Notes: generated by a model not told the origin, from the sequence alone. Positions 31,501 to 39,478 are shown, numbered from the stretch's first letter. The stretch: 41,147 nt of DNA from Elusimicrobiota bacterium (GCA_043819795.1 JBDREN010000056.1:1-41147), one strand, 5' to 3'. Program-made: numbers and translations.

Positions 31501-34500
31501 TGAGATCCCGCCTCCCATCAGCGTAAACGCCTCTCCGTCGAGACGCAGCGAGACCGACGACCCGGGCACGGGAAGGAACGCCTGCTCGAACTCCAATCCC
31601 ACAAAGTAGGTCGCGGTCGTGCCCGTGATCGTCTCGCCCACGTTGATGGTCAGCGTGACCGCGCTCGAGACGAACACCGCCGCTTGGGAGCGCGTCGCGA
31701 TTTTTTCGGTGGCCGCGTCGAAAATCCCGTTTCCGTTGGCGTCCTTATAGACGGCGACCCGCGAGACCGCCGCGTCCGGCAGGGTCCCGACCTTGCGGAC
31801 CTTGAGCTTCTTCCAGGTCAGGCTCCCGTTCTCGCTCCAGAGCCGCAGGCGCAGGAAAGCCGCGACCTCGTCCTGCAGGGCGGAGGTCTTGGCCGCGTCG
31901 GTCGTTTCTTCGACGAGGTAGCTGGGGGCGACGCCGGTCGTGCCGTTCGAGAGGGCGGAACGCACGCCGAAGCTGTCCTTCGTGGTCAGCGCGAAGTAGT
32001 AGGGCTTGCCCGGGACCATGGGTATGAGCTTGCTGACGGCGGCGCCGGCGGGGCCCGCGGCCGCGATGGCCTCTTGCTGCGGCGCGGCGACATACTCGGC
32101 CTCGGTGTCGATGACCCCCGCGGTCGTCCAGCGAACGTCGTAGACGGCGCCCGGCCGCAGGGCGCCGGCCGCGCCGTCCGCGCCGGGCGAGGTCCAGGTG
32201 AGCCGGACCCAGGAGACCGAGGAGGTCTGCACGGTCGCGTCCCGCGCGGAGACCAGGTCACCGACCGCGGCCGGAGCGGCGAGATCGGCCCTCTGCTCGA
32301 CCGACTCCGGGCCGCGGCCGGACTCGCCGTCCTCCGCGGTCACGGCCCAATGGACGGTGGTCTCCTTCTGCATCTCGATCTCGATACCGGGCTGCGAGGG
32401 CGAGAGCCGGGTGCTGTAGAGGAACGACCCGCCTCCCGAGTAGCCGTCGAGGCCGTAGCGCTCGGGAACGGGAAGGATCCCGCTGCCCGCCGCGCTCGTG
32501 CCCACGCGCACGAGGTAGTTGAGGGTCGCCGTCGAAGTCTCGACGTCCGTCGCCGCGTCCCACCGCAGGGTCAGCACGCCGGAGCTCGTGAACGTTTCGT
32601 ACGCCTCGAAGGAGGCGGAGAAGCCGGACGCGGGCGCGGCCGGCGCGTTGTGGGCGACCTGGATGTCGTTTCGCAGCAGCCTGACGTCTCCGTCGCTCGC
32701 CACGGCCAGGTCCAGGTCCCCGTCGCCGTCATAGTCGCCCCACGATATGCCGGTGGAATTCCCGGTCGAGCCGGCCAGCGTGAAGGCCGAGAACGTGCCG
32801 TTCCCGTTGTTGACCGCGACGTACTCGTCCTCGCCGCCATGGTTGGCCACGGCCAGGTCCAGGTCCCCGTCGTTGTCGAAATCGGCCCAGGCCACGCCCC
32901 TCGAGGCCCCGCCCGTTCCCGTCAAATCGACCTTCGTGAACGTCCCTCCCCCGTCGTTGCGCAGGACGAACTCATCCTCGCCGCTCGCATTGGCGAAGGC
33001 TAGGTCCAGGTCCCCGTCCTCGTCGTAGTCGCCCCAGGCCACGCCGCGCGAGGTCCCTCCCGAGTCGGACAGCACGGAAGTCTCGAACGTCCCGTCCCCG
33101 TTGTTCTCCGAGATATAGTCGTTCCCGTCGTTGGCGATCGCGAGGTCCAGGTCCCCGTCATTGTCGTAGTCGCCCCACGCGATGCCGTAGGAGTTCCCGC
33201 CCGACCCGGCCAGCGTGGAGGTGGAGAAGGTCCCGTCCCCGTTATTGGTCGCGATGTATTCGGCCTGTCCGCTGGCGTTGGCCACCGCGAGGTCCAGGTC
33301 CCCGTCGTTGTCGTAATCGCCCCAGGCCACGCCCTGCGAGTCGCCGGCCGAGCCGGTCAGCGTGAACGTCGAGAAGGTCCCGCCGCCGTCGTTGCGCGCC
33401 ACGTACTCGTCCTCCGAGCCCGCGTTGGCAACGGCCAGGTCCAGGTCCCCGTCGTTGTCGAAGTCGCCCCAGGCCAAGCCCCGCGAGTCGCCGCCCGAGT
33501 CCGTCAAGGTGAACGTCGAGAACGTCCCGTCGCCGTTGTTGGTCGCGATGTACTCGTCCTCCGAGCCGCCGTTGGCCACGGCCAGGTCCAGGTCCCCGTC
33601 GCCGTCGTAGTCTCCCCAGGCGATGCCGTAGGAGTCGCCGCCCGTGCCTTCGAGAGCGAGGATATAGCTCTGCCCCGTGGCCGGGTTCGAGAGCCCGGAG
33701 CGCGCGCCGAAGGTGTCTTTGACGGTGAGCGCGAAGTAGTGGGTGGCCGACGCGTCGAGGCCCGTGACGTCGCGGGTCTGCCGCGTCCCGGGGGAGACCG
33801 TGGCCGTGAACGTCGATAGGAAGGGCGCGTTCACGTAGTCGGCCTCGGTCAGAATCGCCGCGATGGTCGAGTAGCGGATGTCGAACACCCCGTCCGTTAT
33901 GGTCCCGGTCAAGCCGTTATCGCCGGGAGCGGTCCAGGTCAGGGTCACCGTCATCTCGCCGGCTCCCAGCCCCGTGGACACGATGGCGGCGACGGCCAGG
34001 TCGGTCACGGCCGCGGGGGCGCTCAAGTCGGAGGTCTGCTCGACCGACTCGGAGCTGCGGTTGAACGCGCCGTCCTCGGTCACCACGCCCCAGTGGAAGG
34101 TCATCTCTTTCTGCGCGAAGAGCTTGATGCCCCGCTGGGTCGCGGAGACCCGCGTGCTATAGAGGAACGAGCCGCCGCTGGAGAATCCGTCGAGCCCGTA
34201 GCGGTCCGGGATCTTGAAAGTCGTACTGCTCCCCGAGGTCGTCGTGCCGACGCGCACGAAGTAGTTGAGAGCGGCCGTCGAGGTCTCCGCGTCGGTCGCG
34301 CCGTCCCACCGCAGGGTCAGGACCCCCGAATCGGAGAAGACCCCGTACTCGGCGAAGGAAGCCGAGAACGAGCTCGGGGCGACGGGGCTGGCGTTGGTGC
34401 CGGCGGCGTCGTTTCGCAGGATGAGCTCGTCTTGGGCGTTGAAGTTGGAGGCCGCCAGGTCCGGGTCGCCGTCGCCGTCGTAGTCCCCCCAGGAGACGCC

Positions 34501-37500
34501 CGGCGAGTCGCCTCCGGAGCCATCCAGGACGACCTTGATGAACGCGTCGCCCCCGTCGTTGCGCAGGATGAACTCGTCCTCGCCGTTGTCGTTGGCCAGG
34601 GCCAAGTCGAGGTCGCCGTCGTTGTCGTAGTCCCCCCAGGCGGCGCCCAGGGAGTCGCCCCCCGTGCCGGCCAGCGAGACGCCGACGAACGCACCGTCTC
34701 CGCTGTTGCGCCGGATGATCGTGTCGTTGCCGCCGGACCTCGCGAACGCGAGGTCCAGATACCCGTCGTTGTTGAAGTCGCCCCAGCCCACGCTCTGGGA
34801 GTAATCGGTAACGTTGAGCCTGGGCGCGCTGAATGTCCCGTCCCCGTTGTTGGTGGCGAGGACGGAATTCGGGCTGTCGGCCGCGATGGCCAAGTCGAGG
34901 TCGCCGTCGTTGTCGTAGTCGCCCCAGGCCACGCCGCGGGAGACGCCGGTGGTCCCGGCCACGGTGAACGTCGAGAAGCTCCCGCCCCCGTCGTTGCGCG
35001 CGATAAAATCGTACTCGGACACGTTGGAGTTGGCGAAGGCCAGGTCCAGGTCCCCGTCGTTGTCGTAGTCCCCCCAGGCCACGCCCCACGTATCCCCGCC
35101 CGAGCCGCCCAGCGGGTTGGGATCGACCTCGATGAACGTCCCTCCGTCGTTGCGGAGCAGCGCCGAGTCGCTGTCGGTCCTCGCCGCGGCCAGGTCGAGG
35201 TCGCCGTCGTTGTCGTAGTCGCCCCAGGCGAAGGACTGGGAGGTGCAGCCCCCGGCGAGGACCGACTGGGTGAACACCCCCCCGCCCTCGTTGGTGAACA
35301 GCTGGTCCTGGTGCGCGGCGTTCGGGTTCGCCACCACTAGGTCGAGGTCCCCGTCGCCGTCGTAGTCCCCCCACGCCAGGCCCTGGGAGTCGCGCGCGGA
35401 GCCTTCCACCGCGAGCACGTAGGCGTAGGCGGTCGTCGGGTTGGAAAGCTCCGAGCGCAGGCCGGCGCCGTCCTTGGTCGTGATCGCGAAGTAGTGGGTC
35501 TTGCCGTAGTCCAGGCCGGTCAGCGTGAGGACCTGCTGTTCCCCCGGGCTGACCGAAGTTCCCAGAACCACGCCGTACGACGCGCCCTCGTAGGCCGCCC
35601 CGCCGGTCATGGCCGCGTACGTCGAGTAGCGGAGGTCGTACGTCCCGCTCGAGATCGCGCCCGCGTAGCCGTCGTCGCCCGGAGCCGTCCAGGTGAGCGT
35701 AACCGACATGGTGCTCGCCCCGTAACCGTCGGTGCCGATCGTCGAGACCTGCAGGTCCGTCACGGCCCCGGGGACGAAGAGCCCCACCGACTGCTGGCCC
35801 GACTCCGGGCTGCGGTTGCGCCCGCCGTCCTCGCTCACCACGGCCCAGTACACCGTGTTCTGCTTCGGCGCGGCGACCCTGATCCCGCGCTGGGAGGTGG
35901 AGATCCAGGTGCTGTAGAGGAAGGAGCCGCCGCCCGAGTAGCCGTCCAGGCCGCAGCTTTCGGGAACAGGAAGGACCTCGCTTCCCCCGGGGTTCGTCCC
36001 GACGCGCACCAAGTAGTTGAGGGCGGCCGTCGAGGTCTCCAAGTCGGAGCCGTCGTCCCAAAGCAGCGTCAGGGTCCCGGACGTCGAGACCGCGGAGTAC
36101 TCCTCGAACGTCGAGGAGAATCCGGAGGCGGGCGCCGCGGGGACGCTGTTGACGGTGGTGGTGTCGTTGCGCACCAGGAGCACGTCCTCCCCGTATTTCG
36201 CGACCCCCAAGTCCAGGTCCCCGTCGCCGTCGTAGTCGCCCCAGGCGATGCCTTGGGTGTTGCCGCCGGTCCCCGCCAGGGTGATCCGCGCGAACGTCCC
36301 GCTCCCGTCGTTGCGCGCGATGTAGTCGTCCTCGCCGGCGCCGTAGTTGCCCACGGCCAGGTCGAGGTCGCCGTCGTTGTCGTAGTCCGTCCACGCGATC
36401 CCGTTCGAGCTGCCCCCCGATCCGGTGAGCGTGATCTGCGTGAATGCGCCGCCTCCGTCGTTGCGCGCCACGTACTCGTCTTCCGAGCCCGCGTTGGCAA
36501 CGGCCAGGTCCAGGTCCCCGTCGCCGTCGTAGTCGCCCCACGCGATGCCCCGCGAGTGTCCGCCGAACCCCGTCAAGGTGAACGTCGAGAACGTGCCGTC
36601 CCCGTTGTTGACCGCGATGTACTCGTCCTCCCCGGCGGTCCCGCTGTCGGCCACGGCCAAGTCGAGGTCGCCGTCGTTGTCGTAGTCGCCCCACGCCACG
36701 CCGTAGGACTCCCCGCTCGTGCCGTCCAGGCTGAAAGTGCCGAAGACCCCGCCCCCGTCGTTGCGGGCGATGAGCTCCGAGCCGCTCTTGGCCAGGGCCA
36801 GGTCGAGGTCGCCGTCGTTGTCGTAGTCGCCCCAGGCCACGCCGCGCGAGCCCCCGGTCGAGCCCGTCAGCGTGAAGGTGGAGAAGCTGCCGCCGCCCTG
36901 GTTGACCGCGATGTACTCGGCCCCGTTGCCCTCCGCGGCCACGGCCAGGTCCAGGTCTCCGTCGCCGTCGTAGTCGCCCCAAGCAACGCCGTGCGAGTCC
37001 CCGCCCGAGCCGCTCACGGTGGAGATCGAGAACGTCCCGTCCCCGTTGTTCGTCCCCACGTAGTCCGGCCCGTTGTTGGTCACGGCGAAGTCCAGGTCCC
37101 CGTCGCCGTCGTGGTCGCCCCAGGCGAAGCCCCGGGAGGAGCCCCCCGTGTCCGGCACCGCCGCGACGTAAGCCTGCGCGGTCGCCGGGTTGGAGAGCCC
37201 GGAGCGCAGGCCGACCGCGTCCTTGGAGGTGAGCGCGAAGTAGTGGGTGACCGCGGCGTCCAGGAAGTCGATGGAGAGCAGCTGCGGCTCGCCCGCGGCC
37301 GCCGTCGTCGAGCTCGGGGGGGCCTGGAACGACGCGCCCGTGTACGCGCCGGCGCTCGCGATGGGTCCGGTCGTCGAGTAGCGGACGTCGAACTCCGCGG
37401 CGTCGTGCGGCGCGGTCCACGAGAGGGTCACCGTCATGGAACTCGCCCCCAGGCCCGTGGAGACGATGGCGCTCACCGCCAGGTCCGTCACCGCGGGGGG

Positions 37501-39357
37501 TGCGGCCAGAGAAACCGTCTGCGTGGACGACTCGACGCTACGGTGGAGCTCGCCGTCCTCCGTGACCACGGCCCAGTAGACGGTGGCCTCCTTCTGCATC
37601 GCGATCTTGAGGCCGCGCTGCGAGGTGGAGATCTTCGTGCTGTAGAGGAACGAGCCCCCTCCCGAGTAGCCGTCGAGTCCGTACCTCGCCGGGATCTTGA
37701 GGGTCGTGCTGCTGCCCGCGACCGCCGTGGTCCCCATGCGCACGAAGTAGTTGAGCCCGGCCGTCGCGGTCTCCACGTCGGTAGCGTCGTCCCAACGGAG
37801 CGTCAACACTCCGGAGCTCGACGCTATCCCGTACTCCTCGAAGGAGGCCGAGAACCCGGAGCCCGGGGGCAGGGGATCGTTGTGGACAGCCGCGATGTCG
37901 TTGCGAAGGATCAGCTCGTCGTCTCCCGACCCTTTGGCCACGCCCAGGTCCAGGTCGCCGTCGTTGTCGTAGTCGCCCCAAGAAAGGCCGGAATTCGACC
38001 CCGTGCCGCCGAGCGTGATCTGGGTGAAGCTCCCTCCCCCTTCGTTGCGCGCGATGTAGTCCGCGCTGGAGGTGTTTCCCACGGCCAGGTCCAGGTCGCC
38101 GTCGTTGTCGTAATCCCCCCAGGCGGCCCCTCTCGAGTTCCCGCCGGTCCCCGCCAGCGCGGACATCGCGAAGGCCCCGCCCCCCTGGTTCTCGCCGAGG
38201 TACTCGTCGCCATTGTTCGCCGCGCCCAGGTCCAGGTCCCCGTCGCCGTCGTAATCGCCCCAAGCGATGCCGAAGGACCATCCGCCCAGGTCCGTCAGGG
38301 TAAACGTCGAGAACGTGCCGTCCCCGTTGTTCTCCGCGATGTAATCGCTCCCGAGGTTGGCTACCGCCAGGTCCAGGTCCCCGTCGCTGTCGTAGTCGCC
38401 CCACGCCACGCCCCCGGATTGCCCGCCGGAGCCCGTTAAAGTGAACGTCGAGAAAGTCCCGTCCCCGTTGTTCCGCGCGAGGACTTCGTCTTGGCCGCCG
38501 TAATTTCCCACGGCCAGGTCCAGGTCCCCGTCATTGTCGTAGTCGCCCCAGGAGACGCCGTAGGAGTCCCCGCCGGAACCCGTCAAGGTGAACGTCGAGA
38601 AGTTTCCGCCCCCGTCGTTCACGGCGATGTATTCGTCATTGTTGCTGCCGACGGCCGCCGCCAGATCCAGGTCCCCGTCGTTGTCGAAGTCGCCCCATGC
38701 CACGCCGCGCGAGAGTCCCGCCGTCCCCGGCAATGCGGACGGCGTAAACGTGCCGTCCCCGTTGTTCGTCACGACATAATCGCTCCCCTGGTTGCCCACG
38801 GCGAAGTCCAGGTCCCCGTCGCCGTCGAAGTCCGCCCAGGCGATGCTGTTCGAGATGCCGCCCGTGCCCGGGACCGCGATGATGTAGGCCTGCGCGGTCG
38901 CCGGGTTGGAGAGCCCCGATGTGAGGCCCTCGGAGTCGGTCGTCTTGATCACGAAGTAATGCGACGCGGCCGCGTCCAGGAAGCTGGTCGTGAAGGAGCG
39001 CAGGGTCCCGGCCACGGCGTCGGTGGGGATGTCCACCGAGAAGGGGGCGTTGTCGAACTCGGAGTCGTTGGTGATGGACGCTATCGTCGAGTAGCGGATG
39101 GTGAACGTGCCGCCGCTGATGTCTCCACTGTCGCCGTCGCTCGGAGCCGTCCACGTCAGCGTCACGGTCATGGAGCTGGCGCCCAGGCCCGTGGAGACGA
39201 TCGCGCTCACGGCCAGGTCGGTGACGGCCGAAGGAGGCAAGACCGCCGCGCACCGGACCGCCGGCAGCGCGAGCAGGGCTGCGGCGAGCCACGCGGTCCG
39301 CGCACGGCGGACCGCCGAGAAAGCGCGCCACAGCAGAAGAAGGATGCTCGACAACAT
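19549..39357 (-). CDS. Giant (~6600 aa) secreted surface protein/adhesin with FG-GAP propellers, FN3/Ig-like and LamG domains, and a T9SS-type-A/FlgD-Ig-like C-terminal domain
   Basis: Uninterrupted 19.8-kb ORF; N-terminal signal peptide; 28 WGDYDxDGDLD repeats; four LamG-like domains (W.HVA...G.IDE.RV); C-terminal YPNPF..IKIFSLFG...WDG.D..G..V..GVY. Start ATG 39357 (39414 possible). Confidence 0.9.
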   Translation of the reverse strand: MLSSILLLLWRAFSAVRRARTAWLAAALLALPAVRCAAVLPPSAVTDLAVSAIVSTGLGASSMTVTLTWTAPSDGDSGDISGGTFTIRYSTIASITNDSEFDNAPFSVDIPTDAVAGTLRSFTTSFLDAAASHYFVIKTTDSEGLTSGLSNPATAQAYIIAVPGTGGISNSIAWADFDGDGDLDFAVGNQGSDYVVTNNGDGTFTPSALPGTAGLSRGVAWGDFDNDGDLDLAAAVGSNNDEYIAVNDGGGNFSTFTLTGSGGDSYGVSWGDYDNDGDLDLAVGNYGGQDEVLARNNGDGTFSTFTLTGSGGQSGGVAWGDYDSDGDLDLAVANLGSDYIAENNGDGTFSTFTLTDLGGWSFGIAWGDYDGDGDLDLGAANNGDEYLGENQGGGAFAMSALAGTGGNSRGAAWGDYDNDGDLDLAVGNTSSADYIARNEGGGSFTQITLGGTGSNSGLSWGDYDNDGDLDLGVAKGSGDDELILRNDIAAVHNDPLPPGSGFSASFEEYGIASSSGVLTLRWDDATDVETATAGLNYFVRMGTTAVAGSSTTLKIPARYGLDGYSGGGSFLYSTKISTSQRGLKIAMQKEATVYWAVVTEDGELHRSVESSTQTVSLAAPPAVTDLAVSAIVSTGLGASSMTVTLSWTAPHDAAEFDVRYSTTGPIASAGAYTGASFQAPPSSTTAAAGEPQLLSIDFLDAAVTHYFALTSKDAVGLRSGLSNPATAQAYVAAVPDTGGSSRGFAWGDHDGDGDLDFAVTNNGPDYVGTNNGDGTFSISTVSGSGGDSHGVAWGDYDGDGDLDLAVAAEGNGAEYIAVNQGGGSFSTFTLTGSTGGSRGVAWGDYDNDGDLDLALAKSGSELIARNDGGGVFGTFSLDGTSGESYGVAWGDYDNDGDLDLAVADSGTAGEDEYIAVNNGDGTFSTFTLTGFGGHSRGIAWGDYDGDGDLDLAVANAGSEDEYVARNDGGGAFTQITLTGSGGSSNGIAWTDYDNDGDLDLAVGNYGAGEDDYIARNDGSGTFARITLAGTGGNTQGIAWGDYDGDGDLDLGVAKYGEDVLLVRNDTTTVNSVPAAPASGFSSTFEEYSAVSTSGTLTLLWDDGSDLETSTAALNYLVRVGTNPGGSEVLPVPESCGLDGYSGGGSFLYSTWISTSQRGIRVAAPKQNTVYWAVVSEDGGRNRSPESGQQSVGLFVPGAVTDLQVSTIGTDGYGASTMSVTLTWTAPGDDGYAGAISSGTYDLRYSTYAAMTGGAAYEGASYGVVLGTSVSPGEQQVLTLTGLDYGKTHYFAITTKDGAGLRSELSNPTTAYAYVLAVEGSARDSQGLAWGDYDGDGDLDLVVANPNAAHQDQLFTNEGGGVFTQSVLAGGCTSQSFAWGDYDNDGDLDLAAARTDSDSALLRNDGGTFIEVDPNPLGGSGGDTWGVAWGDYDNDGDLDLAFANSNVSEYDFIARNDGGGSFSTFTVAGTTGVSRGVAWGDYDNDGDLDLAIAADSPNSVLATNNGDGTFSAPRLNVTDYSQSVGWGDFNNDGYLDLAFARSGGNDTIIRRNSGDGAFVGVSLAGTGGDSLGAAWGDYDNDGDLDLALANDNGEDEFILRNDGGDAFIKVVLDGSGGDSPGVSWGDYDGDGDPDLAASNFNAQDELILRNDAAGTNASPVAPSSFSASFAEYGVFSDSGVLTLRWDGATDAETSTAALNYFVRVGTTTSGSSTTFKIPDRYGLDGFSSGGSFLYSTRVSATQRGIKLFAQKEMTFHWGVVTEDGAFNRSSESVEQTSDLSAPAAVTDLAVAAIVSTGLGAGEMTVTLTWTAPGDNGLTGTITDGVFDIRYSTIAAILTEADYVNAPFLSTFTATVSPGTRQTRDVTGLDASATHYFALTVKDTFGARSGLSNPATGQSYILALEGTGGDSYGIAWGDYDGDGDLDLAVANGGSEDEYIATNNGDGTFSTFTLTDSGGDSRGLAWGDFDNDGDLDLAVANAGSEDEYVARNDGGGTFSTFTLTGSAGDSQGVAWGDYDNDGDLDLAVANASGQAEYIATNNGDGTFSTSTLAGSGGNSYGIAWGDYDNDGDLDLAIANDGNDYISENNGDGTFETSVLSDSGGTSRGVAWGDYDEDGDLDLAFANASGEDEFVLRNDGGGTFTKVDLTGTGGASRGVAWADFDNDGDLDLAVANHGGEDEYVAVNNGNGTFSAFTLAGSTGNSTGISWGDYDGDGDLDLAVASDGDVRLLRNDIQVAHNAPAAPASGFSASFEAYETFTSSGVLTLRWDAATDVETSTATLNYLVRVGTSAAGSGILPVPERYGLDGYSGGGSFLYSTRLSPSQPGIEIEMQKETTVHWAVTAEDGESGRGPESVEQRADLAAPAAVGDLVSARDATVQTSSVSWVRLTWTSPGADGAAGALRPGAVYDVRWTTAGVIDTEAEYVAAPQQEAIAAAGPAGAAVSKLIPMVPGKPYYFALTTKDSFGVRSALSNGTTGVAPSYLVEETTDAAKTSALQDEVAAFLRLRLWSENGSLTWKKLKVRKVGTLPDAAVSRVAVYKDANGNGIFDAATEKIATRSQAAVFVSSAVTLTINVGETITGTTATYFVGLEFEQAFLPVPGSSVSLRLDGEAFTLMGGGISSVDFPGMSFDGTDDRVTAPYSSSLDLTEVTLETWVNTTDTGSDLSVITRGTSGTGYRLWLNGSGCGAGVPTFYVGSDYLCADRDGTPVAVHDGRWHHVAASYSVQQGKAIFFDGVPLSTGSVLGTISDSTGTFALGGPNNYLGAYLNGAIDDVRVSALVRYSTTTAFTPSRRRSFEGGERVLYHFDAGAGAGGIADDSGFGNHGTLEGWPVGYGQSTFTAVNDNQDLLYSTGTDITPDIMFRNQQNVPLLKLQLRTDADFVTLEQLSVAPIGSGAETGVTDIRMSLDDGDGDFDPETDSALLTIPNFVVGEAIFNLAGDGKEQLIGTSTRTYFFSWKVGDAAELDADLGIEIPATSDFVLSGSTDIVSAASFPIRSATRTVVAAETAVVAETAPGAWVNTPSIVFVGNFGSANVDHFRLVWDRSPGTLVGGADTLWSSGTLKSTVTATSDADDWYFHVRAFDQPGQFGTQQDIGPYWVDRTLPSGGAFLSRSSTGGALSETQFNDLASAVTAQMTVADAMAGLNLDGPAPLASSSGTVSLWDFDEASGAAWEDSGPAGLALAPGAGTPQRAAGRFGAGLLFHGAEDLRNASPTGLPTGGARRSIEAWIRPVSTSGAMGLVSWGADGGHPTRLLVDDGRLAADLGSGPVAAGPALSTGVWQHVAFTFEGGAGSFYVDGVSVGTHSFAGHSGGLGTLFVGATDLGEFFKGTIDELRVLDRALPAGEVLSDYERGHPYYASYSTDAGSTWRVVAATAPATGGYVTMTGAHGTTASQTLTVLGLDLVTSTGTATGALATNQVRFHAADAAANVFTAGPFGILVDTNSPVAVSTPSLPAAGTYAGTAPDFTWTGPSTGVVRGMGGEFLLQVSQEDPAFDPGNMVISVSTPAVVSDAGLARVTAVYLSTFTLTEGATYYWRVRSQSRFGILGPWSPAASFVTDASSPTGGAFRVYSSSGGVFPEGTYIDLLTGVTAQITVSDGVAGLGHEAGPEAGPGTVALWHFDETDGSGARDAGGNGNTATLSCTGVGCEPAGYAATPFGAGVRCKAGQGVTALGGQFDFAAGSDFTLEAWIKPDLVSGDHVIAAVGAISASQNVNYVFRVSGSGLFMTNASLGGLLGNAGTISIGTWQHVAAVASGTKASFYVDGRLTDSGSWGGNSGGASMPFSLCAGISAAGVWDGLFSGVIDEVRVLDYAADADEIGAHYAAAAPGRFAVEYSTTAGTAWNVVSTTVPVPGYPYLNLSGAPGSVGPETLAVRDLRLAHSTTPATGGLATNQLRFVAGDRRGNVGTFGPYAVIVDTVAAAAISTPTIPGSGVFVSAPRPNFAWTGPSTSAVTAIGSAPVYILEVDDAPDFLSPEISISTPAVIATTEAAHALGAYVSTFTLAHDTTYYWRVRSPGFLGFLSPALTVSSFVTDFTPPASLGFATLNSTGGAIVENLGVDLLSGVTVQITVQDTGPAGLAIAPVSGVGAFGVVYNTVGGGVLSEWIDGTWAETLAHASEDAITSLARYQGRLYAGTDPSALVLVYDGGSWGQSADLPDAGVLALEEFQGKLYAGLSAGTDIHFFDGGGWYSMTVSTVSMKVNDLKGYNGRLYAATDSGGRVWAFDPDSGRWHVSFDSSDSEMYSFEVYEGRLFAGGSLSRYVFDGSTWTLSEPISAPTFDMQVYNGRLYAGTGAGGVIKVFDGTGWNSSYDPPEDETRALGVHDGRLYAGIWGSSVRAYMYDGNSWMVARNFASDDRPYAFEAYAGRLYTAAHIAPSSATVLVSTPIAVSLTGTDGTTAPQTLEARGLDLATSISGAICGGTIPCGATNQVRLTYSDRAGSIRTAGPFAILVDPLLSVPAAYYPADGGFAREERPTFSWVEASTQPNHTVQVAESPAFSILKVNDAAAGGAVSLLSSASLDHGTTYYWRVRAHRELPAIDSGYSDPASFVMDLEAPTTAGFTHVSSTGGVFRQDVFNDLSGGVTVQLRVQDPVSGLGLDAATSLNRLGIWHLEGSTDTVRDFSEEGNAGVVRGLAGNILGQAGYVGNGARFSGTPGNSIDVSTLSLAGAPGLTVALWAKPLNLNLGSSTIWASEQVRVQYDSADGKVAFRASTAAAAGAGCPLTTAQEFNAGAWSHVAFVMAPGLNENRLYVNGALAASCSGAGTPADSRFRFGEDGLSGIGGADPLNGMLDELRVFGAALSAAELAVERAAAQSFALYSTDEGNRWTVVSSTVPSPSAGPRLAFTGASGSTGIETVRIEGLELIESSSTATCGGVGACLATNQVRFFVPDRAGNLLEAGPFSILVDTSVPLPVLNSLTPLTTESLYVEATAVDNLSRPIKDFLFEASTSTDFSASASASGFIAPGTGINIPSKSSYTFTGLLEATTYFVRVTARDYLLNVSTPSVSLSTSTFGSVFFTTASVAGAGIPQNTSGAMLRFTLANKAGTSRFDTLRVKLSTHSTASGGDITKAHVYADTNGNDTFEPQQDTSLAGAAFVSGVADIDLAGNSQIITVTTSTYFVAYQMAPEATVGDTVGLKIADAFDVGLQHPFKAEGPFPIWVDPVPITDGPNDLSLDYADLAPETAAPGRNNVALLRLDAITDTGTSLIDAIVVHLTGTLASNEIAAVNIWRDDNADAAFNAGDDVQLTGGSDFFTAGVATLTLTADPARRTVGTVEERFFLTVNIGNNAALDDAFQVRIATPSDVRVGNLVDAVIFSTAPIIASTVTVRQPNIVEVRYEDLVPAAFVQGGSYAVLKATMTVDVGSARIDRFLIGQPGTGQDSDVEEIGIWRDAAVDGLPLNMAVDVLVGSATFASREAAIDIATQTIAAGTTGVFFITYQISPSANPGNTLALSMTNEDSIRAVDALTTVSSAPFPIITSESPVQATTNYMLITKAQPVGPGSVKQGAQGVPVLRLDVLSDQNNFNWTGLVVESMGTASESIVENIRIFRSDDDQLFDIAKDVQVTPGVHAFSGGSSVVSLTPPQTVQAGTQTFFVVLDISPSAVPGESIGARIPTTASFNLIAPNRVHGDSAVLFPLVSNVPSIVQFDNEVTVSSRSITPGAGKEPGAQNIGMMELSLNTNISSASWQSLNIHRAGNATDGDVAAVRVYYDVTDIGDWDPANLAQYALINASTMTHTFGETQAGEVDLALNAPPITPTPKRFFVVVDLSTTAVPGRSFSLRTVDVSDYKVDAPNFVSTATASALWASDALSITPPPVQVSVAWTSVAPSTVTQGDTNVVMLRVEAWTPAYSAAFSQLTVRRTGGLQDAEVPVARLFRDDGNGALSILNDENLGAAAFSAGLAEIKFATQTITSSPQTFFVTYNIKNTARSGQLVGAEITAATDFKVDNPNTVDTSAFPMQSEYSTVQPTNTQMSAVVTNQAPGQLKQAATNQVLLNLSLYTADHALTWTQLTLRSSGTASDADIQRINVYHDNGRVPGEWDDLDSKLTSGLNTLLGGVAVLGLNQEITPNATDFLVTVDIAPFAEPERTFSLILQSTASLGVTSPNTVLDAGFPYQSDPNSRISKLAEGMTVTASDLIPEGINQGTEAAVAKLEARSSRNKVRWESLSLTQLGSLAAGGVSAVRLYRDSDASGHLSADDLAVGSGMFAGNTAAVFLSSAQTVGLSTQTYFLAVELDLFAPAGDTLKLTFDAGDIVVSTPDYVSSVGLPFINGSVATVLDAKTPTKPVVTVDGPFSSNFEYLHFVWSSTVTLGDITGAFYAVGTTPGGQDVVPFTAIAAGQRDVEASGFPLLQGTTYYVAVKAQSTIGADTFDSPVGISIGVLMDLVVPEKPAPSVTPGGNTLLITWAVVPGGPSGIMGYLIEYRRGDSPVWYNAKTLEESRLQALVSASARPAALSQSDLVSGGSYQATGLPRGTLFVRIRSVSNSGVLGDPSDPIKVQLGSLPAETISAASSYPNPFDSRTGQANIHYVLKDAGDVSIKIFSLFGRLAREMSYSAGANGGLAGSNTVSWDGTDDSGRKVSKGVYLAILRSGGAKVILKIGVKH
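32280..39230 (-). repeat. Four tandem ~1.74-kb intragenic super-repeats, each an FN3-like domain + 7 FG-GAP blades + a conserved linker domain
   Basis: AVTDL..LTWTAP..SNP, then seven DxDGDLD repeats, then GVLTLRWD..LNY.VR.GT..GLDGYSGGGSFLYST, recurring four times. Confidence 0.85.
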
Positions 39358-39478
39358 GGACCGGGGACCCTGGACCCTTCCTTGAAGCGTAGCCCCGAAA
39401 CGCGCGCGAATCACGAACAGATCATGAAGATTCGCCCCGCCCGCGGGCGGGTGCGCCCGGGCGCTCTTTAAGGAAAGA

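Noticed and set aside
16761..38439. Very long plus-strand or alternate-frame ORFs (e.g. 16761-19436, 21524-24889, 26671-29397, 34157-37420, 35494-38439)
   Set aside because: Shadow ORFs caused by high GC3 codon bias opposite or within clear genes; Arg/Gly/Pro-rich with no recognisable motifs.
32280..39230. Diversity-generating retroelement or CRISPR array in the repeated DNA
   Set aside because: The repeats are in-frame protein blades; no reverse transcriptase or adenine-specific TR/VR pair was seen.
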